The position numbers were made by a program, and so were the translations under genes. This document shows, one piece after another, positions 61,206 through 64,000 of a DNA stretch of 64,000 nt. Location of the stretch: assembly GCF_030144855.1 (NCBI RefSeq), contig NC_082706.1, positions 106,392,001 through 106,456,000 of the forward strand, in the 5' to 3' direction. Source of the stretch: Hypanus sabinus. Its lineage: Eukaryota. Position 1 is the first letter of the stretch. Every line of letters begins with the position of its first letter. The notes under the pieces are model-generated. The model searched no databases. It saw only the letters and a program-made list of their open reading frames with translations, and was not told the DNA's origin.

Positions 61206-61987
61206 TCTTTCCATCATTCCCCTTTCTACCATCGAGAAGAGGCATAAGAGTCTAAAGAACCACATTCAACATTTTCACAACCGTTTCTTCCCCTCGGCCA
61301 TCAGTTTTCTGAACAGCCGTTCATGGCATGAGAACTACCTCAATCGTCTTCTTTATTGGTTTAGTAACTTATACTAATGTTTCTGTCTTGCACTGTACTA
61401 CTCCCGCAAACCAACACATTTTGCGTCTTACGTCAGTGGTAATAAGCCTGATTCTCATCTGATTCACCAACAGGGCGCAGAACTGAACAATAAACGATGC
61501 GCCCCAATGACCACGCAAGCGAGAAAGTTGAGGGGTTCGCGTTGAGAGTTATCACAACAGACAGGAGGGTCTTTCTGACAGTGAGGGTCGAGGAGGTGGA
61601 ACGATATTCGAAAACACCAGCAGAAAGAATATGGTAGATATTTTTCAGAAATTTCGATATCGGGAGCTTTAACTCTGCATCACTCCACTAATGTTGACGG
61701 GCGTGCTATATTCGGAATAAATTGTGCAAATAGGAAAGTGAGGCTGAGTGCGTTGACAGGCATTCAAGTAACCCTCTCCAATACAGGTAACTGAAAGGAA
61801 AAAATGAACTGTGGCATGCCCCGCCCCTGACACCCTTCCCCTAAGAAAGGCGGCGCTACTAGTCTCATGTAAAGAAGTGATTTGGACACGGGCCGGGTTA
61901 GGAGCTGAGGCGGATTCAGCCCCGACAACAAAAGCTGATAAACTGCTCTTCCTCTCAGATTCCAAACACTGATCCGGCGCAATAAGC

Positions 61988-62412
61988 ATGTGGCAGGGTG
62001 CCTGGTTCCTGGTGCTGCTTTTCAGCTGTGCGTTACCAACTCCTCTTCAACTTTTATTGCTCCTTCCCACCGCGCAGATTCTTTTACCATTTTCTGCTTT
62101 TATTACAGGTCGCAGTGTGGCTCAGACCCTGATCCAGCCCAAAGCATCGCTGACGATATCTGCCGGGAAAACCGCGCGAATTCGTTGTGAACTGAAAGGA
62201 GGCACCATCGACAGTAATAATCCCCTTCACTGGTATCAGCAGAAACCCGGAAAGCCGCCCCAAAGGGTACTCTACTATGGAGACGGCGTAGCGCGGGATT
62301 CAGGATTCGGGGAATCCTTCAACGCGGAAAAGATTACAAATACCGTTATGCAGTTAACAATCATAGTTGACGCTGACAGCGCTGCCACCTATTACTGCGC
62401 CTACTGGGTTTA
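61988..62412 (+). CDS. TRGV: TCR gamma V segment V5, paralog of V2 (leader 61988-62027, intron 62028-62108, V exon 62109-62412)
   Basis: Leader identical to V2; IRC...LHWYQQKPG...TYYCAYWVY; no stops. Confidence 0.85.
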
Positions 62413-62450
62413 CACAGTATGTAATAGAAAGCAAACTCCGCACAAAAAGC
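62413..62450 (+). other. RSS of V5 (22-bp spacer)
   Basis: CACAGTA + 22 nt + ACAAAAAGC. Confidence 0.88.
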
Positions 62451-63601
62451 TCGACGAGCAGCCAGTCAAAGGGAACCGTCAATCCGGAGGCTGCAGCGAC
62501 CCCCAGCTAGAATTGCACTTACCCATATCCGCCGGGCAGGAGTTGAAGTCTGTTCAGGAGGCAGGGACAGAAGCAGCCGGTTCTGAAATCTCCCCAATTC
62601 CATTTGAAAGTATGAAAGAATTCGGCTTTAGGGACGAGGTGGCAGCCGTGGCTTTGCCCATTCCCGGGACTATCCCCTGTGAAAGCAACGTAAGGGGTTA
62701 TGTCACCAGAAACACGCCGCGTAGCCTGGCTGGAAGTGCGGCGGGGATACTCGGATTGTCCGTCCCAGAAGATACTGATCTTCGGCGCGGAGCACTGAGC
62801 GTTAACCATGGACTTCTCAATCCTCGAACCAGCTCCTCACGATCGAGAACTTCTGCAAAAGACAGACAGGCAGACATCTTCTACTTCACGGTGCAGATTG
62901 TACAACATTTCCCATTGAGTTTCAGATTTATTTATCACATGTTAAAGGGTTACCACAAGATTATCGACCGGAGGGTGCCGTATTGCAATCTTTTCTATAA
63001 CATGGAAGGCCCCCACCGAGGGAACTTTTTGTGCTCTTGATACACTTGACAATTCTTCCAGAGAAGCAGTGCTTTATCAGCCAATGGAAAATGGTAGGTG
63101 GCAATCACGAAAATGCTTCCTCAACAGTTTGACCTCAGACGACGAATCATCGCATCTGGAGTCAAAGTGGGGGACACTCACATTTACACCACTCTGATGC
63201 TAGCTGTGTCTGTGAGGTATGAGGTACCGGCGCATTGTGATAGAGGTACCTGGCGAATGACTGTAAATAATGTACGTTGACCAGACACTTCCTCATAAGG
63301 CACCGGAATAAGATGATGGCAAATTGCAGAAAATGAGGACCAGTTGACCTGATGCATGCTGGAGTGCTCTCATCACGAACGTTGCAGGAACATTGTCCTG
63401 GGCATCGTACAGGTTGCGTAAGAACACGGTTTTGAATTTCTTCACGTGGTATTAATAAATTATCAAGAGAACTGGATTCAGCAAACACTTTGAGACAAGA
63501 CAATATCCTTACTGTTGTAATGAACACCTGTGGTGAAGAACCGGCTTTGTCTTTAGCCAAGCTGCTTTCATGCAGTTGACCCATTAGATGGGAGGTTACG
63601 T

Positions 63602-63895
63602 GCCACGAGAACGTAGCGGTTAGCACGCCGCTATTACAACTCAGGGCATCTGAGTCTGGAGTTTATTTCTGGCGCTATCTGTAAGGAGTCCCTGTCGGTC
63701 CTCCCTGCTCAATGCATGGGGTTTTCCCCGGGTGCCCCGGTTTCCTCTCACAGTCCAAAGACGTACCGAGTAGGTGAATTGATCATTGTAAAATGTGATT
63801 AGGTTAGGGTTCATCGAGGTTGTCGGGGGTTGCTGGGGCGGTGTGACCTGAAGTCCGGAAGGGTCTAATCTGCACTGTATCGCTAAATAAACAAT
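63602..63895 (+). mobile_element. HE1-like SINE (paralog of 36977-37275)
   Basis: cgtagcggttagcac head, ctgtaaggag core, ctgcactgtatcgctaaataaa tail. Confidence 0.75.
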
Positions 63896-64000
63896 TAAAA
63901 TTGTCTAGTGATATCCTGTTCATATAAAGCCGGGCAAATCTAATCTGGCTATTACAACACAAAACAGGGACCAAAGAAATGCACTCTAGGGATGAGGTGA

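Larger units (their letters stand above)
58250..61465 (+). mobile_element. Rex1/Babar-like LINE 3' part (D2 copy), split by a CR1
   Basis: FNKAAFIIKDPHHPG stops at 59149 and resumes near 61205; tail aagcctgattctcatctgattc. Confidence 0.7.
49730..64000 (+). repeat. Segmental duplicon D2 (paralog of D1; continues beyond the window)
   Basis: See the D1 anchors; homology persists to the last roughly 80 bases. Confidence 0.85.

Noticed and set aside
21333-62450. Interpretation as IgH, IgL or IgNAR clusters
   Set aside because: No D, J or C within a few kb of any V as expected for chondrichthyan Ig clusters; IHWY(R/Q)Q and YYCAxW motifs fit TRGV better. Not confirmed by phylogeny.

Overview
Eukaryotic vertebrate genomic DNA, most likely a cartilaginous fish (inferred from HE1-type SINEs and a CR1/Rex1/Penelope repeat landscape). 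The window is the V-segment part of a rearranging antigen-receptor locus, best matching T-cell receptor gamma (TRG). Five + strand V segments (here V1 21.3 kb, V2 35.4 kb, V3 40.7 kb, V4 42.1 kb, V5 62.0 kb) each have a split leader, a phase-1 intron, an Ig V-set exon ending YYCAxW and a 3' RSS with a 22-23 bp spacer. I found no J or C exon. The Vs sit in dense TE debris: a full-length decayed L1 (0.7-6.3 kb), a very young internally deleted BEL/Pao LTR element (8.6-11.7 kb; LTRs differ at 3 of 673 nt), many CR1 and Rex1/Babar LINE pieces, Penelope-like elements with hammerhead-ribozyme motifs, SINEs and a piggyBac-like MITE. An old segmental duplication (about 15.9-37.4 kb vs 49.7-64 kb, plus a partial third copy at 44.7-49.7 kb) produced the V2/V5 pair. 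Most notable: V3 has a perfect RSS but no leader ATG, with an in-frame ATG inside its intron; V2/V5 share a near-identical tract over the RSS despite a diverged V exon, lack both partners of the conserved V-domain Arg-Asp pair, and have open 3n leader introns with read-through ORFs. All alignments and counts were done by eye, and family names come from recalled motifs, not database searches.
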